DNA of 46,100 nucleotides from Octopus bimaculoides (taxonomy: Eukaryota). The DNA lies in assembly GCF_001194135.2 (NCBI RefSeq), contig NC_068987.1, positions 80,796,524 to 80,842,623 on the forward strand, read 5' to 3'. Below, piece after piece: positions 23,195-34,621 of this stretch. A model generated the notes under the pieces. It was not told the origin of the DNA and made no database searches. It saw only the letters and a program-made list of their open reading frames with translations. Position numbers and translations under genes: made by a program. Position 1 is the first letter of the stretch. Each line of letters begins with the position of its first letter.

Positions 23195-24135
23195 ACATTG
23201 GGCAAAGTTCAGAGAGCACCTACCCCTGCTGGTGACAAAGGGCCTCTCGCTCAGAGTAAAAGATAGACTGTATGATGCATGTGTGTGAACAGCCATGCTA
23301 CATGGCAGTGAAACATGGGTTGTGACTGCTGAGGACGTGAATAAGCTTGCAAGGAATGAAGCTAGTATGCTCTGCTGGATGTGTAATGTCAGCATGCATA
23401 CACGACAGAGTGTAAACACCCTGAGCGAAAATTGGACATAAGAAGCATCAGATGTGGTGTGCAGGAGAGACGACTGCGCTGGTATGGTCATGTGTTGTGA
23501 ATAGATGAGAACAGCTGGGTGAAAAAGTGTCACACTCTAGCAGTAGAGGGAACCTGTGGAAGAGGTAGACCCAGGAAGACCTGGAATGAGGTGGTGAAGC
23601 ACAACCTTTGAACGTTGGGCCTCATAGAGGCGACGACAAGTGACCGAGACCTTTGGAGATATGGTGTGTTTGAGAAGACCTAGCAAGCCAAGTGAGATCG
23701 TAACCGCAGCCTATGCCAGTGCAGCATAACTGGCCTATTTAAGAGTACCCTTCAATCATTGGGCAGTAAACTGTGCTTGAGAAGACCTGTTGAGTCAAGT
23801 GAAGTCATTGTTGTGGCCGATAACAGTACCGCCTGATTGCCACCCGTGCTGGTGGCACATAAAAAGCACCATACATGTGTGGTTGATGCTAGTGTTGCCT
23901 GACTGGCTCCCGTGCCCATGGTACGTAAAAAGCACCATTCAAGCGTGGTCAATGCCCGTGCCGCCTGTCTGGCCCTCATGCCAGTGGCACATAAAAAAGC
24001 ACCCACTTACACTCTCAGAGTGGTTGGCATTAGGAAGAGCATCCAGCTGTAGAAACTTTGTCAGATCAGATTGGAGCCTGGTGCAGCCTTCTGGCTTGCC
24101 AGCCCTCAGTCAAACCATCCAACCCATGCCAGCGT
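23195..24135 (+). mobile_element. 5'-truncated RTE LINE (ORF C-terminus plus VNTR-containing 3' UTR)
   Basis: WAKFRE.LPLLVTKGLSLRVKDRLYDACV.TAMLHGSETW...RRLRWYGHV...GRGRPRKTW; three roughly 60-bp UTR repeats. Confidence 0.9.
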
Positions 24136-24139
24136 AAGC

Positions 24140-25445
24140 TGGAGGGGAATGAAGGTAGTATGTTCCATTGGATTTGCAACATCAGTGTGCATGACTGACA
24201 AAGCACAACAGTGTTGAGAGAAATGTTAGACTTAAGAGTGATTAAATGAAGTATACGGGAGAGGAGAATGTGTTGGCTTGGACATGTGATGTGTATGAAG
24301 AAAGACAGCTGTATACAGAAGTGTTTGTCATTGAAAGTGGAAGAGGGAGACCCAGGAACACATGAGATGAAGTGGTGAGGACTGATCTTAGGATGTTGGG
24401 GTTTATGGAGGAAATGACAGATGATATGAGGTTCTATAGAAGACCCATCCATGAAACTGAGTGCTAGAAGAGTTGTGTCCCACCCACATGTGACAGCACA
24501 CTTTTCACCCACTCTACCCTAAGAAACTGAACTACAACTCCTCTTCTAACTGCATCTTTCTCTTCCTCACATTTCCTCTTCATACATTATGATTGTTTTC
24601 CAATCGCCTTTCTAGCCCTCACTCTCATGCTCACTGTATCACTGCTCTCCAGACCTCCAACACTCACACCCTATTTTTCTACCCAGGTTCTATGCTCAGA
24701 TCCTTACTTGTGAGTGTACCCTACCACTAATCCATCTCTCTTCTGCCCTCTCTTACACTTTTGCTGTTTCCTACTCTTCCTAATCTCTCACTTTCCCTTT
24801 GGTCACTATCTCTCTCCTCTTGTTTTTCCTCTGACTAGGTAATTAAGTAACTCTTTTACATCAGCACACTTGTTTCTGACCTCTTTCTTGTACCTTGCTC
24901 CCACTCTCTATCTCTTGTCTCTCTCTCACTTGGCAACCATGTACCTCCTGTATATCAATACACCTATTTCTGCCTCTATATTTCTCTGTTACATACTAAC
25001 CTTTCATCATTTGATAGTGGATCACCTCTAATCCTGCCTTTTTGTAGCAAGACACTTGTCTCTGTCTCTGTCTCTTAGTCACACTCTAACCTTTCATCCT
25101 CTGACACAAGTTCCTCTCCTCAAATGCCCCTGCCTCTCTCATAATTATTTGTCTTGTGAGTTACTTGGTTACCCTGCCAGTGCTGGTGCTATGTTAAAAG
25201 CATCCAGTCCACACTGTAACATGGTTGGTGGTTGGAAGGGAATCCAGCTGTAAAAATCATGCCAAAACTAACATAAAAAGCACTGAGTACACTTTGTGGA
25301 GCGGTTGATGTTAGGAAGGGCATCCAGCCGTAAAATTCCTGTCAAAGCAGACACAGAAGCATAAGGCAGTTTTTCTACCTGGCCAGCTCCTGTCAACTGT
25401 CCTACACATGCATGTATGCAAGATAGACATTAAACAATGATGATT
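24140..25445 (+). mobile_element. Second RTE-type LINE 3' end with a long pyrimidine-rich 3' UTR and (GAT)n-like tail
   Basis: Remnant RRMCWLGHVM...EGDPG at 24260-24360, C/T-rich tract 24500-25150, gaagggcatccagccgtaaaa tail. Confidence 0.6.
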
Positions 25446-25479
25446 ACATATATATATATATATATATATATATCTATAT

Positions 25480-25958
25480 ATATATACAAGAGGCAAGTGA
25501 AATCGAAATAACTTCGACGGATGGCACCCATGCCAACGTCGTCTCCTTCATTGGACACAGAAACTCGGCTTGTGAAGACCTGTTGAGGCAAGCGAAAGCG
25601 AAATCGTGATGGCACCTATGCCCTGGCACTTGTGTCGGTGGCAAGTGTAAGGACATTCGAGCGAGATTGTTACCAGTACCGCTGGCCTGGCTCCCGTGAA
25701 GGTGGCACGTAAAAGACACCATTTTGAGCGTGGACGTTGCCAGTACCGCCTGACTGGCCTTTGTGCCATTGGCACGTAAAAGCACCCACTACACTCTTGG
25801 AGTGGTTGGCGTTAGGAAGGGCATCCAGCTGTAGAAACTCTGCCAAATCAGATTGGAGCCTGGTGTAGCCATCTGGTTCACCAGTCCTCAGTCAAATCGT
25901 CCAACCCATGCTAGCATGGAAAGCGGACGTTAAACGATGATGATGATGATGATGATGA
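25480..25958 (+). mobile_element. RTE 3' UTR fragment (VNTR units plus GAT tail)
   Basis: Same tail and repeat units as the other RTE 3' ends. Confidence 0.85.
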
Positions 25959-26074
25959 TTACATATCTACATATATATATCTATTGTAAATTTATTTTTT
26001 TTGTATATTCACATTTGTGTTGTGCTTGTTTCCATCACTCTCTTCAACGTTTGCTCACTGTTCCCAGCAGCTAT

Positions 26075-26354
26075 TCTCAGACAGACCCTTGGGATCCTAC
26101 TGTAAGCAACCACCAGCAAATATTTCCGTGGGGGGGACAAACACAGACACACACACACACACACACACACTCACATACGCACATATATACAACGGGCTTC
26201 TTTCAGTTTCCGTCTACCAAATCCACTTACAAGGCTTTGGTCAGCCCGAGGCTATAGTAGAAGACACTTGCCCAAGGTGCCACGCAGTGGGACTGAATCT
26301 AGAACTATGTGGTTAGTAAGCAAGCTACTTACCACACAGCCACACCTGCGCCTA
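26075..26354 (-). mobile_element. SINE family A, head plus microsatellite, tail truncated
   Basis: Standard head module. Confidence 0.85.
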
Positions 26355-26404
26355 TATGTACATTATTTTGTTATAAATATTCACAAAACAGATTCCGCAT
26401 AAGA

Positions 26405-26444
<40 letters not shown>

Positions 26445-26914
26445 AAAAAAGAAACAATAGTTAAATCAGTGTTAATATATTATACAAAGGGAGCAGCTTA
26501 TACGCCAACTGGAAATAATTAGAAGGGAAAGAAAAAGAAATCAATGCTATTTATATTATTTTGATTCTTTTGCCAAGAACAGGAGACAACTTTGGACAGG
26601 TTTCATTCTTATATTATGACCATCTTTGGTGAAGCATATATCTGAAAAGTAGGTTAGGTACCACTCATTTCATGCTTCAGTGGTTAGTAGTAATAAGATT
26701 AGTCAGCTGTAAAATCAACTGCATCAACATTATGTAAATTACCAAATTTTATAAAACCATCCGATTAATGTTAACAGAAAAAAAAAATGAATGTAAAATA
26801 GTTTTAAAAAAAAGGCAAATTTTATTATTCAAGTTAAGCACTCACTACACACACACACACACACACAGAGTCAAGCAATTTATTAGCTATAAAATCTTTA
26901 TGCAGCTACTTGAT

Positions 26915-27110
26915 ATGTAAGAAGTAGCAGCTAGGTCTTCTTCAAAACATACCCTGTTGTCTTAAAAACTGGATACAGTTCTTTTATATACACTAGTTAA
27001 TAATGCTGTTTCTCTATACACTGTGTATAGAACAAAGGTGGGATGATAATAGTAGGAATGTTTTTGATCAGAGCTGACTTGGGTTAAACGACAACAACAA
27101 TAACAACAGC
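26915..27110 (+). repeat. Interspersed repeat family E with (AAC)n tail; other copies at 22725-22830 (+) and 37610-37850 (-)
   Basis: Shared modules aaatctc[ct][ct]tcaaatc.cac, ggtgggatg, gatcagagctgacttgggttaaac.acaacaac. Confidence 0.6.
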
Positions 27111-27144
27111 AATCTGTTAGAAAATTAATTTAAGTTTTAATTAC

Positions 27145-27338
27145 CTCTAATTCAAAAGATTGAGCAATGAACTTCTTAACAGTTTCTCTTTTTTTCATTG
27201 TCGCTAAGTCATATTTTACTTCTACTGGAACGAGATTATTTTGAGTTTTGAAAAAGTTGTTCCATTCTTTACAAACTCTCTGAGCCAGTTGTCTAACTTT
27301 AGTATCTTTGTGGCAGCGTAACCGTTTAACTATGCGAC
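27145..27338 (-). CDS. TCEANC2: TCEANC2 orthologue, penultimate coding exon (194 nt; end of TFIIS N-terminal domain plus linker)
   Basis: Minus strand: polypyrimidine acceptor tttcgatctctatttcgacAG, phase-1 start, open frame (G)RIVKRLRCHKDTKVRQLAQRVCKEWNNFFKTQNNLVPVEVKYDLATMKKRETVKKFIAQSFELE, donor GAG|GTAATT in phase 0. Aligns without gaps to human TCEANC2 as recalled ([65 protein letters not shown]). Confidence 0.9.
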
Positions 27339-28123
27339 CTGTCGAAATAGAGATCGAAATTCTTTTGATAGTTCTTTTGAAAGCCTTTTTTTAAAACAAA
27401 ACAGAGAAAAAAAAAGAAAAACAAAATTAAAAAGAAAGAAGAAACAAAGAAAATAAAAAGATAAAACAAGATAAAATTAGTCTATTCTTTTTGTTTTTTT
27501 TTTGTTTTACAAAAAATTTAGCCTCATATCACGCACACGAAAAAGATAAGGAAAATAATGTAAAATAATATAACTCAAAGAAGAGCTGAAAATTTACAAA
27601 AATACGATAATAAAACTCTATCAACAACAACAACAATAATAATAATAATTATCAATATAGTAATAATTACATTGAGCATGATTGGATCTCAAATAAATAA
27701 TAACGATAACTACAATCAGCACAACGCGTGGGTTTAGCAATGAGCTGGTATGCTGATCCTGTTCATTTCTTCTATTGATAGTGTCAAAAATATGTAAATT
27801 AGTTCATATTTAAAAAGGAAAAATGGAATAGTGTTCTAAATACAAACCCCTATCATGTACACACGCAATGCACATTAGTTTAGGTGTTGCTACTTGTTTG
27901 AACTGCACCAGTTATTTTGCTGGAATTATGAACAATTCAATAAATTTGAAAGACATAGAATATTAATATTATTAACAAAAGAGAAGCAAAAATGACGAAC
28001 AAGGATTGCTTCCAGAATATTAGAATATGATGGAACCAGCAGAACTAGAAGGTACAAATATGCTAAAAAAAAAATAAAAACAAAATTTAATTATCAAATT
28101 TACACTGTCTTAGCAAAACATGT

Positions 28124-28773
28124 TTAACCCTTTTGATACTAATTTGCCTACGATGGCCCGTGGTTCTAAGGTACAAACTTCCTGTTTTAAGTTGTCAAAA
28201 TTAAAACCTATCAAAATTTCCTGTTAATTTATGCTACAAATACTGAAGTTAATAATGGCAAAGATATTTCATTAAATTCATTTTTTCAAAAGTAATTGAA
28301 ACCAAAATAGTGTACTGCAGCAAAAATCATCATCATTTAACGTCCACCTTCTATGCTAGCATGGGTTGGATGATTTGACTAGGGACTGGTGAAGCGGCTG
28401 GCTACACCAGACTCCAGTCTGATTTGGCAGAGCTTCTACAGCTGGATGCCCTGCCTAACGCCAACCACTCCAAGAGTGTAGTGGGTGATTTTTACGTGCC
28501 ACTGGCATGAGGGCCAGTCCGGCAGTGTACTGGCAATAGCCATGCTTAAATGGTGTTTTTTATGTGCCACCTGCACAGGTGTCAGTCCAATGTTTTGTTC
28601 ACATGCCACCGGCACTAGTGCCAGTAAAGCGAAGCTGGAAACGATTGCGCTCAAATGGTGCTTTTTACGTGCTACCAGCATGGGAGCGAGACCGCTGCTC
28701 TGGCAGTGATCCCACTCGAATGGTGCTGTTAGCGCTCCACTGGCACGGGTGCCAGTGGTAACAAAATGGTTAA
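28124..28773. mobile_element. piggyBac-type MITE (same family as 14058-14290, opposite orientation) carrying an RTE insertion
   Basis: TTAA-cccttttgatac ... ggtaacaaaatgg-TTAA; the interior matches the reverse complement of the 14 kb copy. Confidence 0.75.
28326..28755 (-). mobile_element. RTE 3' UTR fragment with an expanded VNTR, inserted inside a MITE
   Basis: catcatcatttaacgtccacc...ggatgccctgcctaacgccaaccactc plus 4-5 repeat units. Confidence 0.8.
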
Positions 28774-29109
28774 TCAACACTAAAGTGTTCATATTTAATA
28801 CACTGTCTGTACTTAAGTACCTAATTTAAATTAGAATCTCAATCTGAACTCCATCATAACCATGACTGATGCCATGAGACTTCAACACCAGCATGATATA
28901 CTAATGTATAAAGTTTCAAATATTGGCCAACACTAGTAAAGTATACTACTGTACAATGGTTATCCTGAAAGGGATGCAAAATAAGCATAACTTCTTTTTA
29001 TTGACTAAGACAGGTCATCCAAATTACACATGTTTATAAAGTAACTCTTCTTTCTGGTCTTCTTCATTGCAAGCCAATAATAGGTTCCAAGTAGAAGCAA
29101 CTTGCCATT

Positions 29110-29648
29110 ACTGAGTTCTTGACAAAGGAAGAGGAGTGCAGGAAGTTCTTAAAAAGCTGACCAGGGAAAGCAGCTGAATTCTCAGAAAATGTTGCTTCAA
29201 CAAACACTAAGGCAGGATATAGTGCTGATCTACGAAGTGTCCAAGCAAGTAGATCTGTTGGAATTTTCCATTTCTTGGGAGGATTGCATCAAGGAGACAA
29301 ATTAGAGTAAGAGGAGGAAACATACTGAGCTGGTTGGGTCATATCAAAGTTAATGGGTGGTAAGCAAGATGTGACCCCCTTTCTAGTAGAATGTAGTGGG
29401 TTTGCAAGCCAGTCCTACTGCAAAGCTTACGACATGCTTAGCATGACGGGGGCCAGTTGGCAAAAAGCCATCAGGTTGGCTGTGTATGCAGCAGAGGATG
29501 CCTCAAGATGGTTGTGAATCATGAGGTGCAAGCCTTGGAAGGAGCAGTGCTAACTGGACAAATGCTGGGACTTGATCAACCCTGGTTGAGTTACCTGATG
29601 TTGAAAGACCTCATGACCCAGAAAACATCACTGATAGTGTGTTCAGGA
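29110..29648 (+). mobile_element. 3' end of a HERO-like (R2/NeSL group) RLE retrotransposon, degenerate
   Basis: LRQDIVLIYEVSKQVDLLEFSISWED...KRRKHTELV...VECSGFASQS..KAYDML.MTGAS..KAIRLA..AAEDASRWL, followed by a HERO-like 3' UTR (tgatcaaccctgg...gttgaaagacc...acatcactga). Confidence 0.75.
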
Positions 29649-29765
29649 GTGTCACAGGGTCATATAAGGAAGAACTGTGTTTCTCACACAGAAGAGTGCT
29701 TAATTCCTGCTTTTTCAGCCTGAAACAGCTACACTATTTGAATTGCAGCAATGTGCAGTTCAGAA

Positions 29766-29989
29766 TACCCCTTAGTTTTCAGATTGCTCTGTCAAATGTA
29801 ATACTTATTTATTCACATTGTTTTGAATTAATCTTGCATTATCCTGTAGCTTTGTGATTTGGATGATCTGCATTTATTTTTAGAATGTCATAGCAGTATG
29901 GTCAAGAGAGGCTGGACCTGACCTGTTTGAACTTAAAACAAGTAGTAAATTTTGGCTGGATATGGCCAGTTTAAATGCTGAAGGGTTAA
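29766..29989. mobile_element. piggyBac-type MITE, second family (TTAACCCTTTAGCATT-like termini)
   Basis: Ends taccccttagttttcag ... tttaaatgctgaagggTTAA; about 220 bp. Confidence 0.7.
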
Positions 29990-31136
29990 GAGTTAATCAA
30001 GACATGTAACCTCAGTGGTTACAACTAAATTATTGTTAACAGATTTAATGTACTGAACATTAAAAGCTATTGGAAATACTTACATAGTAAGCAAAATGCA
30101 GCAAATATTAGCTCAATAATTAATATCATTTTAATAATTTTAACATGTAGGGGAGACAACTACAGTCATATAAAGTGAAGTCTGTGTTGCTTAGCTGAGG
30201 AGGTCTAATCCAGAGTTTTTAGCACTTATTTGGTCACATGTAGACAGACACCTTTTGACTCTGCCACTCTTGACCCAGTGGAACATCCAGGATGTGCCAG
30301 CTGCAATGAGAGGGCAGCACCAGCAGTAGGCTGGTACTTAGTTTTCAGTAAAGAGCACTGGAACAGTGTAAAATGAAGTGCCTTACTCAAGGACACAATA
30401 TACAGTCCAGTCTGGGAATTGAAACCACAGCCTTTATAATCATGAGCATAATATCCTAATTGCTAGGTCACTTACACAAACATATATCTACATAGACATA
30501 TACATATAAGTGCAAGCATGGCTGTGTGATTAAGAAGTTTCTCTCCCAACCAGATGGTTCCAGGTTCAGTCCTACAGCATGGTACCTTGGCAAGAGTCTT
30601 CTGCTATAGTTTTGGACTAACCAAAATCTTGTCAGTTGATTTCATAGACAGAAACTAAAAGAAGCCACTGTATAGGTGTGTGTGTGTGTGTGTACATGAG
30701 TGTGTGTGTATGTGGTGTGTGTGTGTATATGTGTGTGAGTGAGTGACTGGTTTTGTATTTCTGTCTAGACATGTGTTTCATGTTGTGGTTGTAAACAATA
30801 GCTCTGCTATGGTGTCATTTGCTTGCAACCCACTGTGAAACCATGTTTGGGCTTTTTGATACAGCTTGACATGTAATGTTGTTTTTCTAAACAAAAGGCT
30901 TATTTTAGCATTGTTCGTTTTCAGTTCTCTACGTTAGCATGTCTGGGCTGTTTGTTGCCTGATAGACTGGCAGATTATTACTTTACTAGGGAAAAGATTG
31001 CAGCTGGCAGCAGGGAGAGCATCCAGTTATGGAAAAGTCTGGCCCAACATACTCCCATCTGACCCATGAAAGCATGGAAAAGTAGACATTAAAGTGATGA
31101 TTATGACGATCCAATATATATAGAGANNNNNNNNNN

Positions 31137-31181
<45 letters not shown>

Positions 31182-31349
31182 GTGGCTGTGTGGTAAGAAG
31201 TTTGCTTCGCAGCCACATGGTCCTGGGTTCAATCCCCTTATGTGGCATCATGGGCAAATGCTTTCTGCTACATCTTCAGCCTACCCAAAGTCTTGTGAAT
31301 GGATATGATAGACAAAAAAGTGAAAAGAGTCAATCACACACACACACAC

Positions 31350-32181
31350 ATGCTACATGGCAGTGAAACATGGGCTATGACTGCTGAGGACATGTGTAGA
31401 CTTGAAAGAAATGAAGCCAGTATGTTCTACAGGATGTGTAATGTCAGTGTGCATACACGACAGGGTGTGAGTGCCCTGAGAGAAAAGTTGGACATAAGAA
31501 GCATCAGATGTGGTGTGCAGGAGAGACGACTGCGCTGGTATGGTCATGGGTTGTGAATGGATGAGGACAGCTGTGTGAAAATGTGTCACACTCTAGCAGT
31601 AGAGGGAACCTGTGGAAGAGGTAGACCCAGGAAGACCTGGGATGAGTTGGTGAAGCATGACCTTTGAATGTTGGGCCTCACAGAGGCAATGACAAGCGAC
31701 CAAGACCTTTGAGGTATGCTGTGCTTGAGAAGACCTGGCAAGTCAAGTGAGATTGTAGCCGTGGTCTATGCCAGTGTCGCATGACTGGCCCATTTAAAAG
31801 TACCCTTCAATCATCAGGCAATGTGCTGTGTTTGAAAAGACCTGTTGAGTCAAGTGAAATCATTGTCATGGCTGATCCCAGTACTGCCTGACTGGTACTT
31901 GTGCTGGTGGCAGGTAAAATGCACCATTCATGTGTAGTCAATGCCAGTGCCACCGGACAGGCTCCTGTGCTGGTGGCATGGAAAAAGCACCATATGAGCA
32001 TGGTTGATGTCAGCGCCGCCTAACTGGCCTACATGCTGGTGACATGTAAAAAACACTCATTACACTCTTGGAGTGGTTGGCATTAGGAAGGGCATATAGC
32101 TGTAGAAACCTTACCAGACCAGACTGGAGCCTGGTGCAGCCTTCTGGCTTGCCACTCCTCAATCAAACGATGATGATGATG

Positions 32182-32182
<1 letters not shown>
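31350..32182 (+). mobile_element. 5'-truncated RTE LINE, same family as 23195-24135
   Basis: MLHGSETWAMTAEDMCRLERNEASM...RRLRWYGH; near-identical to 23295-24130; ends aaacgatgatgatgatga. Confidence 0.9.
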
Positions 32183-32273
<91 letters not shown>

Positions 32274-33534
32274 TGTGCGCGCACACACACATAGAGAGTG
32301 AGAGAACACCATCAAAATAAGAAGGAAAACAATTTTCTTAAAATTTCATTAAATTAGAATATGAAGGAACTGTTGCCGGTATTATCCTGTTGTGATAAAA
32401 AGAAAAAAATTCATGACGAGCTAGTTAGAAATCAAAGAAATTTTACTTTGCTATATTTATAACAAACTTTTGTTTCGTGAAAGATACAAACTTTTGTTTT
32501 AAAATTGTTAACTTTGCTACATTTTCAAAGAATCAAATTATTTTCAGTTTCAAAAAACACTATTTGACAACTTCCTTTTCATATTCATTCATCAATAATT
32601 GCTTATCTAAACTGAATCTTAGTTTCTTAGATAACTGGATTATTTTCTCTTCATTGAATTACAATGAAGAAAGATTCACTTACAGAAAGCTATATATCTT
32701 CCCAAAGTGAAGTAATTTTTTGTCATTAGTATTACTCCATTTTTGATAAAGCAATTTACTTCAACAAACTTCTCTCACACCTCCTAACAAAAGTGAGCAG
32801 AGAAAAAAATGTATTTTGGTAAATTTATAAGCTATTTTTACATTGAATTCAATTGTTTTTCTTCCTGTTTTATCAAATATGACTATTTTATTTCCTGGAA
32901 GATAATTCATTTAAAGCAAACATCATGTGAAAATTAAATAACTAGATAACACTGCACCGGAATAGTAAGACAACATTTTTAAAAAATACAAAAAATCATG
33001 ATGCAATGCTATTATAAAGAATTATACTGTTTATTTCAGATTGAGATTGCAAGCATTAAATCTCATTTTTAAGATTTCAATAGGAATAAAATTTGTTTAT
33101 AAAATTTATACCTAATTCAGTGACAAAGTTTGCAAACTGCTTTTCTGTCCTTAACTACCATATTGAGCAAAGTTGTGTAGACAGGTATCATAGCAAGAGA
33201 TAAGGATTAGAAGAGATTTTACAAGCTTAAAATATCTTTTAATGAAAGATTTGTTAACTATTCTACTTAAAAGTATACATATAACTGCTATCACAAGAAA
33301 GTTCAGTGCAACATAATTATCGCTAATGATCAATCAAATTTACCCGTTTGGCAGGAGAAAAGCTCTTGTTTCCAAACTTGAAACAAGATTATTTATTTTC
33401 TATTTATGGATTCCAGGAGAGTAAAACATATTTTAGTTCTTAGGGTTTATCATTATTTCAGATACGAAAGCAATGTTGGCTCCTTGAAAGATTTAAGTAG
33501 GAAAATGAAGAAAAACAAAATGTTTATATGATAA

Positions 33535-34010
33535 TTGCATGACTACGTGGGTAAGAAACTTGCTTTGCAACCAGGTGGTTCTGAGTTCAGTTCTACAGTG
33601 AAGTACCTTGTCAGGTATCTTCTTTAGCCCTGGGTCGTTCAATGTCTTATGAGTGTATTTGGTAGAGGGAAACTGTCTGGAATCTCTTCATATATGTGTG
33701 TGTGTGTGTGTGTGTATCATCATCATCATTTAATGCCCATTTTCTATTCTGGTATAGGTTGGATCTACGTATACCTGTGTGTCTTTATGTCTGTCTCCAC
33801 TACCACTGTCTGATAACTGCTGTTGGTTTGTTCATGTCCTCGTAACTTTGGGCTTAGGGATAAGAGACCAGCAGAATAAAGTATTAGACTTAATAAAAAC
33901 ATTTATGTACTGGGGTTGATGTGCTTGACTAAACCATCTACAAGGTGGTGCTCCAGCATGGCCACAGTCCACACAGTTGACTGAAACAAGTAAACATTCA
34001 AAGATAAAAG
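33535..34010 (+). mobile_element. SINE family A, degenerate, with a short RTE tail insertion
   Basis: Head 33535-33690, tail 33770-34010. Confidence 0.7.
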
Positions 34011-34034
34011 ATTTGGGATATAAATATTTCATAG

Positions 34035-34250
34035 TTTTTATCTTTCACTTGTTTCAGTCATCGACTGTGGCCATGCTGGGGCACCACCGTGAGGGATTTT
34101 TCATCAAATGGATCAACCCCTATACTTGATATTTTAAAGCTTGATACTTTCTCATTCAGTCTCTATTGCTGAAATACTAAGTCACAGCGACGTAAACTCT
34201 AGCTGTTGGTGGGGTCCAAACATCGACACAAAGACACATACACAAGTATC
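34035..34250 (-). mobile_element. SINE family A tail, inverted relative to the adjacent copy
   Basis: ttgtttcagtcatcgactgtggccatgctgg module. Confidence 0.75.
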
Positions 34251-34352
34251 AAAACCATAATGATATCCATGGGGCAGCTGATGATGGAGGTATGTTGGAT
34301 TGTTGGTATAGCTGTTTTTGTATATGTGGAGAAGTATTATAACACATCCTTT

Positions 34353-34394
<42 letters not shown>

Positions 34395-34445
34395 ACATAT
34401 AAATTTAAGGAATGGAGTGAACGCATGTTATAACTGCATACTTTA

Positions 34446-34529
34446 TTCCGACATATGTTTCGAAGAATTACAATTTATGCGATCCATAGGAATCGTCGAT
34501 GTTAAAAATGTAAACTTCTCCTCAGGGAA
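34446..34529 (-). ncRNA. Type I hammerhead ribozyme with extended stem II
   Basis: Minus strand reads TTCC-CTGAGGA-GAAG...CTTC-GAAAC-ATAT-GTC-GGAA. Core CUGAGGA and GAAA are complete; stem I TTCC/GGAA; stem II closed by GAAG/CTTC with further TTACA/TGTAA and CGATTCC/GGATCG pairing; palindromic stem III AC-ATAT-GT; GUC cleavage triplet; AATAAA immediately downstream. Confidence 0.75.
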
Positions 34530-34621
34530 ATGTATGGGGATCATCTTAAATGTAAGACATTATGACCGAGTATGTATATATATATGTATATGTATATATG
34601 TATATATATGTGTGTGTGTAT

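Noticed and set aside
23790-24000. Regularly spaced ~60-bp repeats superficially like a CRISPR array
   Set aside because: Degenerate tandem VNTR without unique spacers, inside an RTE 3' UTR in a eukaryotic context.
30083-30160. Hydrophobic minus-strand exon candidate LSPLHVKIIKMILIIELIFAAFCLL with a GTAAGT donor, resembling a TMEM192 helix
   Set aside because: Splice positions do not match TMEM192 as recalled, no downstream KIRRFN-type exon exists, and AT-rich DNA readily gives I/L/F-rich peptides.
32682-32790. Minus-strand segment with good acceptor and GTAAGT donor
   Set aside because: Stops in all three frames from the main acceptor; could be a non-coding exon but unsupported.
34262-34320. 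CTGATGATGG...TATAGCTGTT, possibly a decayed hammerhead
   Set aside because: GAAA and stem II are absent; too degenerate to call.
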